A stretch of DNA of 64,000 bases from Nitrospira sp. (lineage in GTDB: Bacteria; Nitrospirota; Nitrospiria; Nitrospirales; Nitrospiraceae), in contig AP038806.1 in the NCBI GenBank assembly GCA_047150005.1, positions 1,120,001 to 1,184,000 on the forward strand, read 5' to 3'. Made by a program: the position numbers and the translations under genes. Of this stretch, positions 10,039 through 19,092 are shown in pieces (within the stretch, counting starts at the first letter, position 1; every line of letters begins with the position of its first letter). The notes below the pieces were generated by a model. That model had not been told where the DNA came from and did not search any database. It was given only the letters and a program-made list of their open reading frames with translations.

Positions 10039-10089
10039 TCTTCTCCTGCCCGAGATCAAGCCAGAGGAGATCCGAGCGACATTCGCGGC

Positions 10090-10377
10090 TTATTTCTTGC
10101 CGAGGATGGAGTCCTTCGCCACCTTGGCCACACGGAACTTAACCACGCGCTTGGCCGGAATCTTGATTTCCTCGCCGGTCTGAGGATTGCGGCCGATGCG
10201 CGCCTTCCGGTTGGCCAGCTTGAGCTTGCCGATGCCGGGGACGGTGAACACATTCTTCGCTTCGCGATAGGCCAAGGCGGCGAAATCGTCCATCAACTGA
10301 ACGGCGGCCTTCTTGGTCAGCCCTGACTTCTGAGCCAGGTGATCGGCAATCTGCGACTTGGTCATTGATTTAGCCAT
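10090..10377 (-). CDS. hup: HU-family DNA-binding protein
   Basis: MTKSQI, PGIGKL, ARIGRNPQTGEEIKIPAK...KFR. Confidence 0.95.
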   Translation of the reverse strand: MAKSMTKSQIADHLAQKSGLTKKAAVQLMDDFAALAYREAKNVFTVPGIGKLKLANRKARIGRNPQTGEEIKIPAKRVVKFRVAKVAKDSILGKK

Positions 10378-10673
10378 GCGAGCAACCTCCTTAAGGACGA
10401 AAAGTGGTGAACTGTGAATCGCCTCTCTTGACTTCGCTTGGACTCGAAAAAAATGTGGCAGACGAATCGTCGTGACACGTTCAAGCGGCGAAAACCTGCG
10501 GGAGTCTATCCAAGCATCAGTTGGCTGTCAACCGGAAAAACACGCTCCAGACGTAGAGAAACACCGCCAGCGCCCTCTTGTCCCTCTTGCAGTTTCGAGA
10601 CCAAGCATCGTACAGTACTGCGTACGGTAAGCAGACAACGTTGCGATCCCCGATACATTATTGAGGAATTCCG

Positions 10674-11237
10674 ATGGGTAAAGAGCTTCCCCTTCTTCCC
10701 GCCTCGGCACAGCCGGCAGCAGCAGCCTCGACAGAAAAATTCCTTTACTCACGAGTGTTTTGCCAGAAAGAAAACTCGCCTCCCCTGCGCCTCCTGATCG
10801 AATTCTTAAAATCGCGAGGACAACTGCCCATCATGCCGCCGGAACTGGACGAAGCCGCGCTGGACGAATGGGCCTGGGTCCAAGTGTCCCTAGGGTACGA
10901 TAAGGCCAGAAAACCGATTCAAGTCTTCTGTTTCAGAGACCGCGGCACCTACAAGGAAGCCTTCGAGCAGGACCGCGCGCAATTTTTGGAAGTGTTGAAC
11001 GCCCACGACGGCATTGAAGCCTCGCTGGTGGCGGAGAGCCTCAGACGATCTCGTTTCGTGCTGACCACGCGGTTCGATCAGGCGGACATCACAGACGAGG
11101 GATACGATTTCAACGGCTGGATCCTTGAGTTCTATCAGGAAAACTGCAATGGAATCGTGGAAGTCGACGATCAGGGTTTCTTTTCCCCCAAGGGTGAACT
11201 GATCGTGGATCTCGCCCCCATGTCCGAAGAAGAATAG
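10674..11237 (+). CDS. Hypothetical protein (187 aa)
   Basis: ORF with GAGG RBS; no family recognised. Confidence 0.7.
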   Translation: MGKELPLLPASAQPAAAASTEKFLYSRVFCQKENSPPLRLLIEFLKSRGQLPIMPPELDEAALDEWAWVQVSLGYDKARKPIQVFCFRDRGTYKEAFEQDRAQFLEVLNAHDGIEASLVAESLRRSRFVLTTRFDQADITDEGYDFNGWILEFYQENCNGIVEVDDQGFFSPKGELIVDLAPMSEEE

Positions 11238-11267
11238 GTTCCTCGCCTCGCGTCGGTCCTGAACACC

Positions 11268-11963
11268 GTGCCACCAGGCCACTGCATGTCGCCGAAACCT
11301 CCGCGCGAACAGACAATTCCTGATCGCCCTCAGCAGTTCTCGACTTCAAGACAGCTCCAGGGCCGGACCGACAGCTGGTTCCGGCGGGCCGAGGCCGCCT
11401 TGCTCGGAGCGCTCCCCTGTCGAGCCGGCTGTTCCCATTGTTGTATCGGCCCGTTCGCCATCACCGTGATCGATGTCCATACTCTCCATGAAGGGCTCGC
11501 CCGACTCGACCAGCATGAGCGGGACGATATTCAACGGCGTGCGTCGGAACAAGCAGCCGTCCTCGAACAGGCCTCTCCAGCCCTGAAACAGACGCCGTTC
11601 ATCGATCAATTCCACGACGCCGAAACCGATCGATTGGTCGCTCTGTTGCAAGATGCCCCCTGCCCTGCCTTGAGTCCCGAAGGGCTCTGTCGGGTCTACG
11701 ACCATCGGCCGCTGACCTGCCGGTCCATGGGAATCCCCGTCGAGGAGCAAGCTCGGACGTTCGGCGCCTGTGCTGTCCAGACCTTCGTCCCGATTCGCCG
11801 CCTCCCCGCCTCCCTTCGAGAAGAGGAAGAGACGCTCGCTGGACAAGAGGCGACTGCCCTGCATCAAATCAGGTTGTCACAGCCGACTCCGGGAGAAGAA
11901 GTGCTCCTGCCTTATGGATTTTTGCCAGGTTTTTGGGCGATCGTTGCCCGTTCCAACACCTAG
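11268..11963 (+). CDS. YkgJ-family cysteine-cluster protein
   Basis: CRAGCSHCC, CPAL...CRVYDHRPLTCR. Confidence 0.8.
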   Translation: MPPGHCMSPKPPREQTIPDRPQQFSTSRQLQGRTDSWFRRAEAALLGALPCRAGCSHCCIGPFAITVIDVHTLHEGLARLDQHERDDIQRRASEQAAVLEQASPALKQTPFIDQFHDAETDRLVALLQDAPCPALSPEGLCRVYDHRPLTCRSMGIPVEEQARTFGACAVQTFVPIRRLPASLREEEETLAGQEATALHQIRLSQPTPGEEVLLPYGFLPGFWAIVARSNT

Positions 11964-11990
11964 ACACTCTTCAAATCGCTATGCTATGGT
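11961..11990 (+). promoter_or_regulatory. Putative promoter of tRNA-Arg
   Basis: TAGACA, 18 bp, extended -10 TGcTATGGT. Confidence 0.4.
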
Positions 11991-12012
11991 ACGTCCCTTG
12001 TGTCTTGCGGGA

Positions 12013-12089
12013 GCGCCTGTAGCTCAGCTGGATAGAGCATCAGCCTCCGGAGCTGAGGGCCACAGGTTCAAATCCTGTCAGGCGCACCA
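12013..12089 (+). tRNA. tRNA-Arg (anticodon CCG)
   Basis: Acceptor GCGCCTG/CAGGCGC-ACCA, anticodon arm tcagc-ctCCGga-gctga, GGTTCAAATCC T-arm. Confidence 0.97.
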
Positions 12090-12202
12090 TACCCTGCTTG
12101 CCCCGACCCGGAGCCCGTATAATTGCTCTTGGCGACGGGATAGACACCTCCAGTGGGTGGCAGGTTCCCGGACACAGTTCGGCGACAATTGAATATCCGG
12201 TG

Positions 12203-12278
<76 letters not shown>

Positions 12279-12311
12279 CAAATCAACAACTTACATCGGG
12301 CGAACAGTCGG

Positions 12312-13355
12312 CTACCCTGCCGACTGTGCTGAAATTGTGCTAACTCCGCCCCGCCGGTCGAGGATTTCCACTCCATCCCGCAAACTTTCCGGATAGTGGT
12401 GCGCATACCGTTGCGTCATGATGGGCGACTTATGCCCGAGCAACTGCTGCACCTTGTAGAGATCGATGCCGGCTTGCACCAGTCTCGTCGCGAAGGTGTG
12501 ACGGAGATCGTGGAAGTGAAATTCCTCGATCTTCGCCTTACTCAACGCCAGGCGAAACGCACGGCGGAGATGGCCCGATTCCAACGGCGTGAAGATTTTG
12601 CTGCAGAAGACACGGTCCAAAACGAGGGACCGCACCTTCGATTTTTCTTTGAGCATATGCAGCACCGTTTCATTCACTGGAATCGTACGCCGTTCTCCGT
12701 TCTTTGAACGAAACACCGTGACGGTCCGGTGGTTGAAATCCACCCCGCGCCAGGTGAGTTCGAGAATTTCTCCCATCCTCATTCCTGTATGAAGCGCGAA
12801 TACCACCACGTCGAGCAGCCATGGCCGACAAGATCCCAAGAGTCGGCCTTCTTCTTCTTCAGTGAGCCACCGATCCCGCTTGTTGTTCTCTTTTTCCATC
12901 GAGACCCGGGAGACCGGATTCTGATGGCACCACTCCCACTCGCGCATCGCGAGATTGAACGCCTTTTTGAGGTTGGCGAGCTCCCGGTTGATGGTCGCCG
13001 GAGCCATGCCGTCCTCATAGCGCTTGTTCTTGTACGCCACGATTTCTTTTGGCGTGATGTCCGCGAGTGTTCGTTCGCCGAAAAAGCCTCGGAGGTTTTT
13101 CATATACCCCTTGAGCCCTCGGTGCCGGAGTTTTCGTGCCACGTGTTCTTTCTCGTACCGGTCCATGAGTTCCTGGAAGGTATGGGACTCTGCCGCTGCC
13201 CGTTCAAAGTACTGACCTTCGACAATCTGCACTTTCACTTTGGCCAGGATCGCATCGGCCAGTCGTCGATCGCTCGTCCCGGTCGATTTCCTGACCTGCT
13301 TCCCTTGATATGTAAATGACATCCACCAGACGTCCCCACGTTTTACGAGCCCCAT
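12312..13355 (-). CDS. Tyrosine recombinase / phage integrase
   Basis: TGMRMGEI, HDLRH, LGH, TQRYAH catalytic residues; GGAGG RBS; adjacent to attL. Confidence 0.95.
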   Translation of the reverse strand: MGLVKRGDVWWMSFTYQGKQVRKSTGTSDRRLADAILAKVKVQIVEGQYFERAAAESHTFQELMDRYEKEHVARKLRHRGLKGYMKNLRGFFGERTLADITPKEIVAYKNKRYEDGMAPATINRELANLKKAFNLAMREWEWCHQNPVSRVSMEKENNKRDRWLTEEEEGRLLGSCRPWLLDVVVFALHTGMRMGEILELTWRGVDFNHRTVTVFRSKNGERRTIPVNETVLHMLKEKSKVRSLVLDRVFCSKIFTPLESGHLRRAFRLALSKAKIEEFHFHDLRHTFATRLVQAGIDLYKVQQLLGHKSPIMTQRYAHHYPESLRDGVEILDRRGGVSTISAQSAG

Positions 13356-13368
13356 TCCATCCTCCTTC

Positions 13369-13659
13369 CTACTTGGGCTCGCTGTTGGTCTGGTTTCCCC
13401 GGGAGCGAGTATAGACAGCGCGTTTTGCTCTGGCAATCAGGGCTTCTACAGATTCGTCTGATCCTTTTCGGTTGACCACAAACATATCCTGTGCTCGTGT
13501 GACTCCGAATGTCTTAAGCCACTCGTCTATGCTGTGTCGCTCGAACCGAAGCACCCCATGGATCTTCAGGCAGGGAATTCTCTGCTGAGCCGCCCACGCA
13601 TAGAGCGTGGATGGCTTAATTTGTAGTTGCTGGGCGAGATCCTTCACGGTCAACAACAT
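13369..13659 (-). CDS. Excisionase-like HTH protein
   Basis: LLTVKDLAQQLQIKPSTLYAW...IP...LRF pattern, upstream of integrase. Confidence 0.85.
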   Translation of the reverse strand: MLLTVKDLAQQLQIKPSTLYAWAAQQRIPCLKIHGVLRFERHSIDEWLKTFGVTRAQDMFVVNRKGSDESVEALIARAKRAVYTRSRGNQTNSEPK

Positions 13660-13930
13660 GTCGTAAACTTCTATCTAGGCTCGGGGGAGTCTTCCGACAC
13701 CCCCGCCCCCCAGATACGCCCGCGTATCCGCCGGCGTCTGTGCAGACTGACTGCCCACGGCGGCGGCCAGCGCGCGAGAGCAGCGGTCAGGCCTTCGGAA
13801 TGCATGTCGAAAGGTTTTGGTCCTCCAGGCCTGCCTGCTGCGAGAGCGCTTGTGCCCGCATCTTTCTCCTTGTCTGCCCCAGCCCAAGTTCTGTGCGGGC
13901 TGGGGCAAAAACTTTTCAAGGAGGAGAAAC

Positions 13931-14440
13931 ATGCAGGATCAAGAGCAGCTCACAGTGAGGCCCAAGCGGCTTTCTCGGCCAAAACCGACGTTTAAACCGT
14001 ATCGCGTGCCTCGCTATCGACTGACACTGGTTGCTGAATCATCCGGCCTGACCTCATCCGAAGCCATTCAGACCTCTCTTGCCGCCGCCAGCTTGCTCCG
14101 GCCCTGCTTCGAAGGGTTGGACCGAGAGCAGTTCCTCGTCTGTGGGCTGGACACCAAACACCGTATTATTGGCATCAATATCGTCTCGATCGGTTCCTTG
14201 ACGTTGGCCATCGTCCACCCGCGCGAGGTCTTTAAGCCGCTCATCCTCATGAACGCGGCTGCCTGGATCTGTGCCCATAATCATCCGTCGAGTGATCCGA
14301 CGCCCAGCCAAGAAGATCGCGTCCTCACGCAGCGACTCCGCCAGGGCGCCGAGCTCCTGGGCATTCCCCTGCTCGATCACGTCATTTTGGGCGAAGACCG
14401 GCATTTCAGTTTTGCCGATCAGGGTTGGCCGCCCACTTAA
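13931..14440 (+). CDS. RadC-like JAB-domain protein
   Basis: DREQF, HPREVF, HNHPSSDPTPS.ED, LLDHVI; AAGGAGG RBS. Confidence 0.9.
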   Translation: MQDQEQLTVRPKRLSRPKPTFKPYRVPRYRLTLVAESSGLTSSEAIQTSLAAASLLRPCFEGLDREQFLVCGLDTKHRIIGINIVSIGSLTLAIVHPREVFKPLILMNAAAWICAHNHPSSDPTPSQEDRVLTQRLRQGAELLGIPLLDHVILGEDRHFSFADQGWPPT

Positions 14441-14592
14441 GCCGACCGAACGATCCGCATAATCCACATCACCGCTGAGGCCGTGAGTCCTAATCCAATT
14501 GCCGCGGCTCCCCACGCCACAATATCCGGAATCAGCAGATTCTTAATCGCCGTCAGGTCCGCTGCCACATCCGCTAATAACAGCATCACCAT
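14437..14592 (-). CDS. Small coat-like membrane protein, paralogue of major coat (not in ORF track)
   Basis: Own translation MVMLLLADVAADLTAIKNLLIPDIVAWGAAAIGLGLTASAVMWIMRIVRSA; GGAGG RBS 5 nt upstream; shares DIVAWG with major coat. Confidence 0.7.
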   Translation of the reverse strand: MVMLLLADVAADLTAIKNLLIPDIVAWGAAAIGLGLTASAVMWIMRIVRSA

Positions 14593-14604
14593 ATGAACCT
14601 CCGC

Positions 14605-14633
14605 AAAGGGCGAGAGTGCTAGCCCTCCCGCCC
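14605..14633 (-). terminator. Weak terminator/attenuator after major coat gene
   Basis: Minus strand GGGCGGGAG-ggctagca-CTCTCGCCC-TTT. Confidence 0.55.
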
Positions 14634-14646
14634 CCCGATTCCTGCC

Positions 14647-14856
14647 TTAGCGGACCAGCCCCTTGACCTTCTTGTACGCATAGATGGTCAAGAGCACGCT
14701 GATGAACACAACGCCCCAGGCCACGATGTCTGCCTTGACGTTGGTCAAGACCGTGGTACTGGCGGCGTCCACCGGAAACACCTGCGCGAATGCCGACACG
14801 GCCTGCAGATACAGACTGAGGACGGCCACCGCACACCCCGCTGTCCATTTCTTCAT
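14647..14856 (-). CDS. Inovirus-type major coat protein (pVIII-like)
   Basis: Signal peptide ending AFA, ~45-aa mature chain with one TM helix and basic tail YKKVKGLVR; AGGAGG RBS. Confidence 0.8.
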   Translation of the reverse strand: MKKWTAGCAVAVLSLYLQAVSAFAQVFPVDAASTTVLTNVKADIVAWGVVFISVLLTIYAYKKVKGLVR

Positions 14857-14919
14857 GATGCTCACCTCCTTTCACCCTCTAGATTTCTCGCCTGGCTCGG
14901 TCCACAAGCGCGAGAGAAG

Positions 14920-15027
14920 TTAGTCCCATCGACCGGTCAGGAACTTCAAAATAATCCCCACGGCATAACCCCCGAGAAAAAAGGTGCCCATGCCGAGCAC
15001 CAAGGCATCCACCGCCGCTTGGTTCAT
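14920..15027 (-). CDS. 35-aa membrane peptide (pVII/pIX-like minor coat; not in ORF track)
   Basis: MNQAAVDALVLGMGTFFLGGYAVGIILKFLTGRWD; starts just after the Zot stop, AAGGA upstream. Confidence 0.6.
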   Translation of the reverse strand: MNQAAVDALVLGMGTFFLGGYAVGIILKFLTGRWD

Positions 15028-15028
15028 G

Positions 15029-16051
15029 TCAGCGTCCTTCCATCTGCTTGAGGACTTCGGCACCATCTCGGAGACCAGCCACCTCGGTCTGAGGCTCGGA
15101 AGGTACCCATACCACCCCGGCTCCGACGAGCTTACGCGTTGACCCGGTCGTGATTTCGGAGACGCTCCCGCCGGAGAGCCCAGCCACTTCGGCGACCGTG
15201 AGCATCTGGCCCTCGTCCGTCAAATACCGCCATTGCTCCTGGGTTTGGCCTGCGGGCACAAAGCCCACCCCGCCTACAATCCGCATCGGCTTGATCGGGA
15301 CCGGCGCAGGCTCGTGTTTCGACGGCGTTCCTGTGGCAATCGCGTTGTGCTCCACTGCCGGCTCTTTGGTCACTGGCGCCGATCCGAGCCAGTTCCCCCA
15401 GAAAAACCAACACAGGGCCAGCCCAAGCCCACACACACCCGCAATCACCGTCACCGATCCGAGGGCCGTTCTCATCTGTCGTTGCTCCTTCACTGCGGCC
15501 GCGGCATAGCTTGAGTAATAGGCATAGACCTTCGGGTCATACTTGCCGATCCATTTGCGAATCACTTCCGTCTCCTCAGGGTTGCCCCGGACAAAGCCTT
15601 GATACCGATTCGAGACGCCGATGCGATCCAGCCGGCGGAACTTCGTCGTGACTTCTACGAGGCGTGTCACGGATTGGGTCATTTGCCGGTAGTCCTGGCA
15701 CATCAGCACGAGGTCGAGCCCATAATGCCGATGCACTTCCAGAAGACGCAGGACTTCTGCATCTACTCGTGTCTGGGAGCGAAACAGTGTTTGACATTCA
15801 TCAATGATCACCGCTGACCCCGGAGCGAGAGTGAGCAGGCCCGCTAACACGTCGGCAGGTTCTGCCCAGCACGTGATTTGCTTGTGCAGGTCGGCCTCGT
15901 CCATCCCTTCAAACGCCGCCAGACGATCGAGATAGATGCCGTCGATGTAGACGTAGAGACGTCGGCCATGGCGCAGCCAGGGGAGGAACTTGTCTTTGAC
16001 GCAGTTGTAACTTTTCCCACTGCCCGGCACGCCTTCATAGAGTTCGATCAC
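15029..16051 (-). CDS. Zot-family / pI-like morphogenesis ATPase
   Basis: N-terminal Walker A GVPGSGKS, Walker B VIIDECQ, HRHYGLD, single TM after the ATPase domain. Confidence 0.92.
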   Translation of the reverse strand: MIELYEGVPGSGKSYNCVKDKFLPWLRHGRRLYVYIDGIYLDRLAAFEGMDEADLHKQITCWAEPADVLAGLLTLAPGSAVIIDECQTLFRSQTRVDAEVLRLLEVHRHYGLDLVLMCQDYRQMTQSVTRLVEVTTKFRRLDRIGVSNRYQGFVRGNPEETEVIRKWIGKYDPKVYAYYSSYAAAAVKEQRQMRTALGSVTVIAGVCGLGLALCWFFWGNWLGSAPVTKEPAVEHNAIATGTPSKHEPAPVPIKPMRIVGGVGFVPAGQTQEQWRYLTDEGQMLTVAEVAGLSGGSVSEITTGSTRKLVGAGVVWVPSEPQTEVAGLRDGAEVLKQMEGR

Positions 16052-16326
16052 TACGAGCCCCAGCGGACGAACGGCACGGTCTGCAGCAAGAAGCGCACGC
16101 CCATGGCCCCCGCGACAATCGTCAACGCTTGACTCATCCCGGTCGCCCCCAGCATCCAGGTGTATTCGGCCGGAATCACGGAAAGCGCGAGTCCGCCGGT
16201 GCCAATCGCACTCAGCGTCGTATCGAGTACCCCTAAGACCGAATCCCAGCTTTCAATGCCGATATCGCGAAAGGACGCAATCATGTCGAGCAGGAAGCAA
16301 TAGATCATCGAGAGAATGGCTTGCAT
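16051..16326 (-). CDS. pVI-like minor coat protein (DUF2523-like)
   Basis: 91 aa hydrophobic, ends RFLLQTVPFVRWGS; TGATG and TAGTG couplings to neighbours. Confidence 0.75.
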   Translation of the reverse strand: MQAILSMIYCFLLDMIASFRDIGIESWDSVLGVLDTTLSAIGTGGLALSVIPAEYTWMLGATGMSQALTIVAGAMGVRFLLQTVPFVRWGS

Positions 16327-17579
16327 CAGTGGCCTCCCACGAAAATGATGCGATAGGCGACGAAGCCGGCGCCGGCAATGACCAGTGCCCTTAGCGCATT
16401 GATCACGCCGGACCACGCGTTGAAGTCGAAGGTAAACGTCCCCATCACCGTGGAATGCAGCGTGTAGGTCGGAAACGTCGTGGGCCACGAGAGGTTCTTG
16501 AGCAGTTCCAGGGTACCCAGCAGTCCGCTCGCACTCCAGAGGTTGTAATGGTCCTGCAGGACCTGGCCGAACGTCTTGCTGTTGTGCGAGCCTTGCGAGC
16601 AGGAAATCGACGCAGTGGTCGTGTCCGTCTGACTGCCATCCGCATTGGTTGTCGTGGTGGTCGTGCTGGTTTGCTGCTGAGTCTGTGTCTGCGTCGTGGT
16701 CGGCGGCGCATTGGGATCGACCACAGCCGCGCCGGTCGGCACCGACGACGCCGGACCAACTTGGGTGGGCATGTCACCGGGACTCACCGGCTGATCCGTA
16801 GTGCTACTGGAGCCGCTTTGGGCCGGGTTGGTGGTGCCGGCTGAGTCGGTCTGCTTTTCCGGGGCAAGCGCATCGGAGGACGATAAATTGCTGAGATAAT
16901 CTTGCACGTGCTGCGTCGAGGGCGTGCCCGGTTGTGACGTCGCGAGATTCGCCCCATTCGTGCCGTTATAGGTGATCGTGTAGCTGCTGTAACAGGCCGC
17001 CGATTGTCCATTCGGCTGCATCCACTGGACGGGCTGCGCCGTCCACCCAGCCGGGGGGTTGGCCGACATGGGCACCGGAATGGATGCGCACTGGGAAACG
17101 GGCATTCCATTGAGCTGCAGCAGGGTCTGCAAACAGCCGATCGTCGGCGTGGTCCCACAGCCTGACGACAGTGTGCCGTTGTAGGTCTGCCCGTTGATGG
17201 TAATGACCGGTTGGATGCCGGCGGCGGTCGCCGCGTTGTTCTTCACCGATTGAATTTCCGTATTCGTGTAGAGCATCCCCGCAATCACCAGGCCCGCCGT
17301 CACGCCGAGTGACGCCCAGCCGATCGGACCCGCCACCATGCGAAAGGCCACCGAACCCACACCCGCTGCTGACATCGTCGGCGCTAAAGTACTAATGACC
17401 TGCGCTCGATGCGCGGCCACATACGCCTGTTGTGCCGCTTGCGTCACATACCGGGCGTAGCCGGTCGTGCTCGCGACCTGAAAGGCGTAGGAGGGGGCGG
17501 AGACCGCGACCACCGCGTAGATCTCCGCCACCACCACGACGAGGAGGTGCCTCAGAAGCGACCGAGCGTGATGCCACAT
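16326..17579 (-). CDS. pIII-like adsorption protein
   Basis: Signal peptide, Cys pairs, T/S/Q/P-rich linker, C-terminal TM anchor; upstream of pVI/Zot. Confidence 0.75.
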   Translation of the reverse strand: MWHHARSLLRHLLVVVVAEIYAVVAVSAPSYAFQVASTTGYARYVTQAAQQAYVAAHRAQVISTLAPTMSAAGVGSVAFRMVAGPIGWASLGVTAGLVIAGMLYTNTEIQSVKNNAATAAGIQPVITINGQTYNGTLSSGCGTTPTIGCLQTLLQLNGMPVSQCASIPVPMSANPPAGWTAQPVQWMQPNGQSAACYSSYTITYNGTNGANLATSQPGTPSTQHVQDYLSNLSSSDALAPEKQTDSAGTTNPAQSGSSSTTDQPVSPGDMPTQVGPASSVPTGAAVVDPNAPPTTTQTQTQQQTSTTTTTTNADGSQTDTTTASISCSQGSHNSKTFGQVLQDHYNLWSASGLLGTLELLKNLSWPTTFPTYTLHSTVMGTFTFDFNAWSGVINALRALVIAGAGFVAYRIIFVGGH

Positions 17580-17638
17580 AAGAAGGCCGCGACCAACCAC
17601 AAGGCCACCACGAGTTGCTGTTCAATGCTCAATGTCAT
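17552..17638 (-). CDS. 28-aa membrane peptide (pVII-like; not in ORF track)
   Basis: MTLSIEQQLVVALWLVAAFLCGITLGRF directly after the pV-like gene. Confidence 0.55.
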   Translation of the reverse strand: MTLSIEQQLVVALWLVAAFLCGITLGRF

Positions 17639-17652
17639 CTCAAAGGAACCGA

Positions 17653-17937
17653 CTACTTGGCCGTTGCGCTAGTGCTGGCATGTGTCGGCTGATAGCCCGT
17701 CACATCCAGGAACCGCTGACCCTTGAATTCACGCATATTGACCGTGATCTGAGCCTGCTTCATTTTGTTGGCTTCCATCTGTTTGTAGATGTGTTCGTGA
17801 TCCTCCGGGACGCCAGCTTCGAGTGTGGACGTATCCTCCTCGAAGTAGAGAACGGCCGTCCGGAAGATCCGTTTCCCGTCCTGACTCGGTCTGGCCTTGA
17901 CGCCCATCACGACACAATTCCCTATAAACCTAGACAT
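17653..17937 (-). CDS. pV-like ssDNA-binding protein
   Basis: 94 aa beta-rich, position after Rep, GGGAG RBS; assignment by synteny. Confidence 0.6.
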   Translation of the reverse strand: MSRFIGNCVVMGVKARPSQDGKRIFRTAVLYFEEDTSTLEAGVPEDHEHIYKQMEANKMKQAQITVNMREFKGQRFLDVTGYQPTHASTSATAK

Positions 17938-17938
17938 C

Positions 17939-18112
17939 TCAGTTCTCCCTTCCGTCCCACCGGTACCAGCCTTGCCGGACGTGGGACCATAAAAAGACGA
18001 ACACGGTCTTGCAGCTCCGACACCGGCCACGCAATCGCGGCCCGCACATGTAAAGCCTTAGGACGCCGTGTTCACATACGCGGCAGCGAATCCGTCGGTC
18101 GGCTTCCACCAC
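17939..18112 (-). CDS. Small CxxC-CxxC zinc-ribbon peptide overlapping the Rep 3' end
   Basis: CRVC...CRSC; start codon uncertain. Confidence 0.4.
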   Translation of the reverse strand: MVEADRRIRCRVCEHGVLRLYMCGPRLRGRCRSCKTVFVFLWSHVRQGWYRWDGREN

Positions 18113-19092
18113 CGCACCTTCCGCTTCGTCTGCTCGACGTCTTGGCCGGAGGCCAAGAGCGCGTAGTGCTTTGCTCGCCATCGTTCCACTCCCTCAATAA
18201 TGGTGCTGACTAACCATCGCTCACCGGCTTCAGGATGGGCGCACAACAATCCCAACATCGGCGAGAGACTTTTCTCGGCCCACTGTTTGACGTCCTCGAT
18301 TTTCTTCACGGCCTTGACCACTTCCAGCTTGGCGCGTTGCATTCCTTCGGTCAGGACTTTCCACCACGCGAGCAGAGGAGCGTGATAGCGATCCTTCGGA
18401 TCATCCGCTCGTGTACAATCTCGGAAATCGACTGCCGTGCGAAACACGCCCACGATGTATTTTTGAAAGCGTTCCTGATCGAGGACGGAGAGGGCTAAGC
18501 CGATGGCCTGGGCTCGTTCATCTTTCCATTCCATTTCCCACCGAACCCAGGTCCCTTCGATGACGTTGCCTTTTGCTCGCTGTTGTGCAGATTTATCGTA
18601 GATGCGGAGATAGGTATCGGATTGGCGAGAACCCATGCAGAGGGTTTTGCCGGTATCCGCTCCTGACCCGAGATCCAGGCCGGTAATCAGCTGAGATTTC
18701 CGAAAATGGGACACACAATTTCCCGCGACGACTGACGCATAGATGTGATCGACATCGATGACGGCGCTTCGGTCATCCAAGGCCACGTCGATGCGCCCGA
18801 AGTGTCCGTCTTTCGCCAGCACCCATTGCGCAACGGCTTGAAACTGTTCATAGGTCCATCCGTTAATCAGTTCCTGAGACAGATCGACATGCACTTCCTT
18901 GGGAGCGCGTTTCGCGCCGGTTCCGACGCGGCCGAGACCTCCATCATGGCCTCGAGAAATCCAACTTCGGCTGTACCCGAGAAAGCCTTTCTCGTCGGCG
19001 ACCCAATCGCCGCCGACGAGCCTCATGGCTTCTTCAGCACTTCCTTCCGGAACCGTGAAACGAAGCCACCCCAGAGAGCAGGTCCAACTCAT
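18058..19092 (-). CDS. Rolling-circle replication initiator (Rep_trans family)
   Basis: WLRFTV, RIDVALDD, TLCMGSRQS, YLRIYDK, WVRWEME. Confidence 0.88.
   Translation of the reverse strand: MSWTCSLGWLRFTVPEGSAEEAMRLVGGDWVADEKGFLGYSRSWISRGHDGGLGRVGTGAKRAPKEVHVDLSQELINGWTYEQFQAVAQWVLAKDGHFGRIDVALDDRSAVIDVDHIYASVVAGNCVSHFRKSQLITGLDLGSGADTGKTLCMGSRQSDTYLRIYDKSAQQRAKGNVIEGTWVRWEMEWKDERAQAIGLALSVLDQERFQKYIVGVFRTAVDFRDCTRADDPKDRYHAPLLAWWKVLTEGMQRAKLEVVKAVKKIEDVKQWAEKSLSPMLGLLCAHPEAGERWLVSTIIEGVERWRAKHYALLASGQDVEQTKRKVRWWKPTDGFAAAYVNTAS

Noticed and set aside
15029..16051. Zot as an enterotoxin / virulence factor
   Set aside because: Context shows a phage assembly ATPase; no basis for toxin activity
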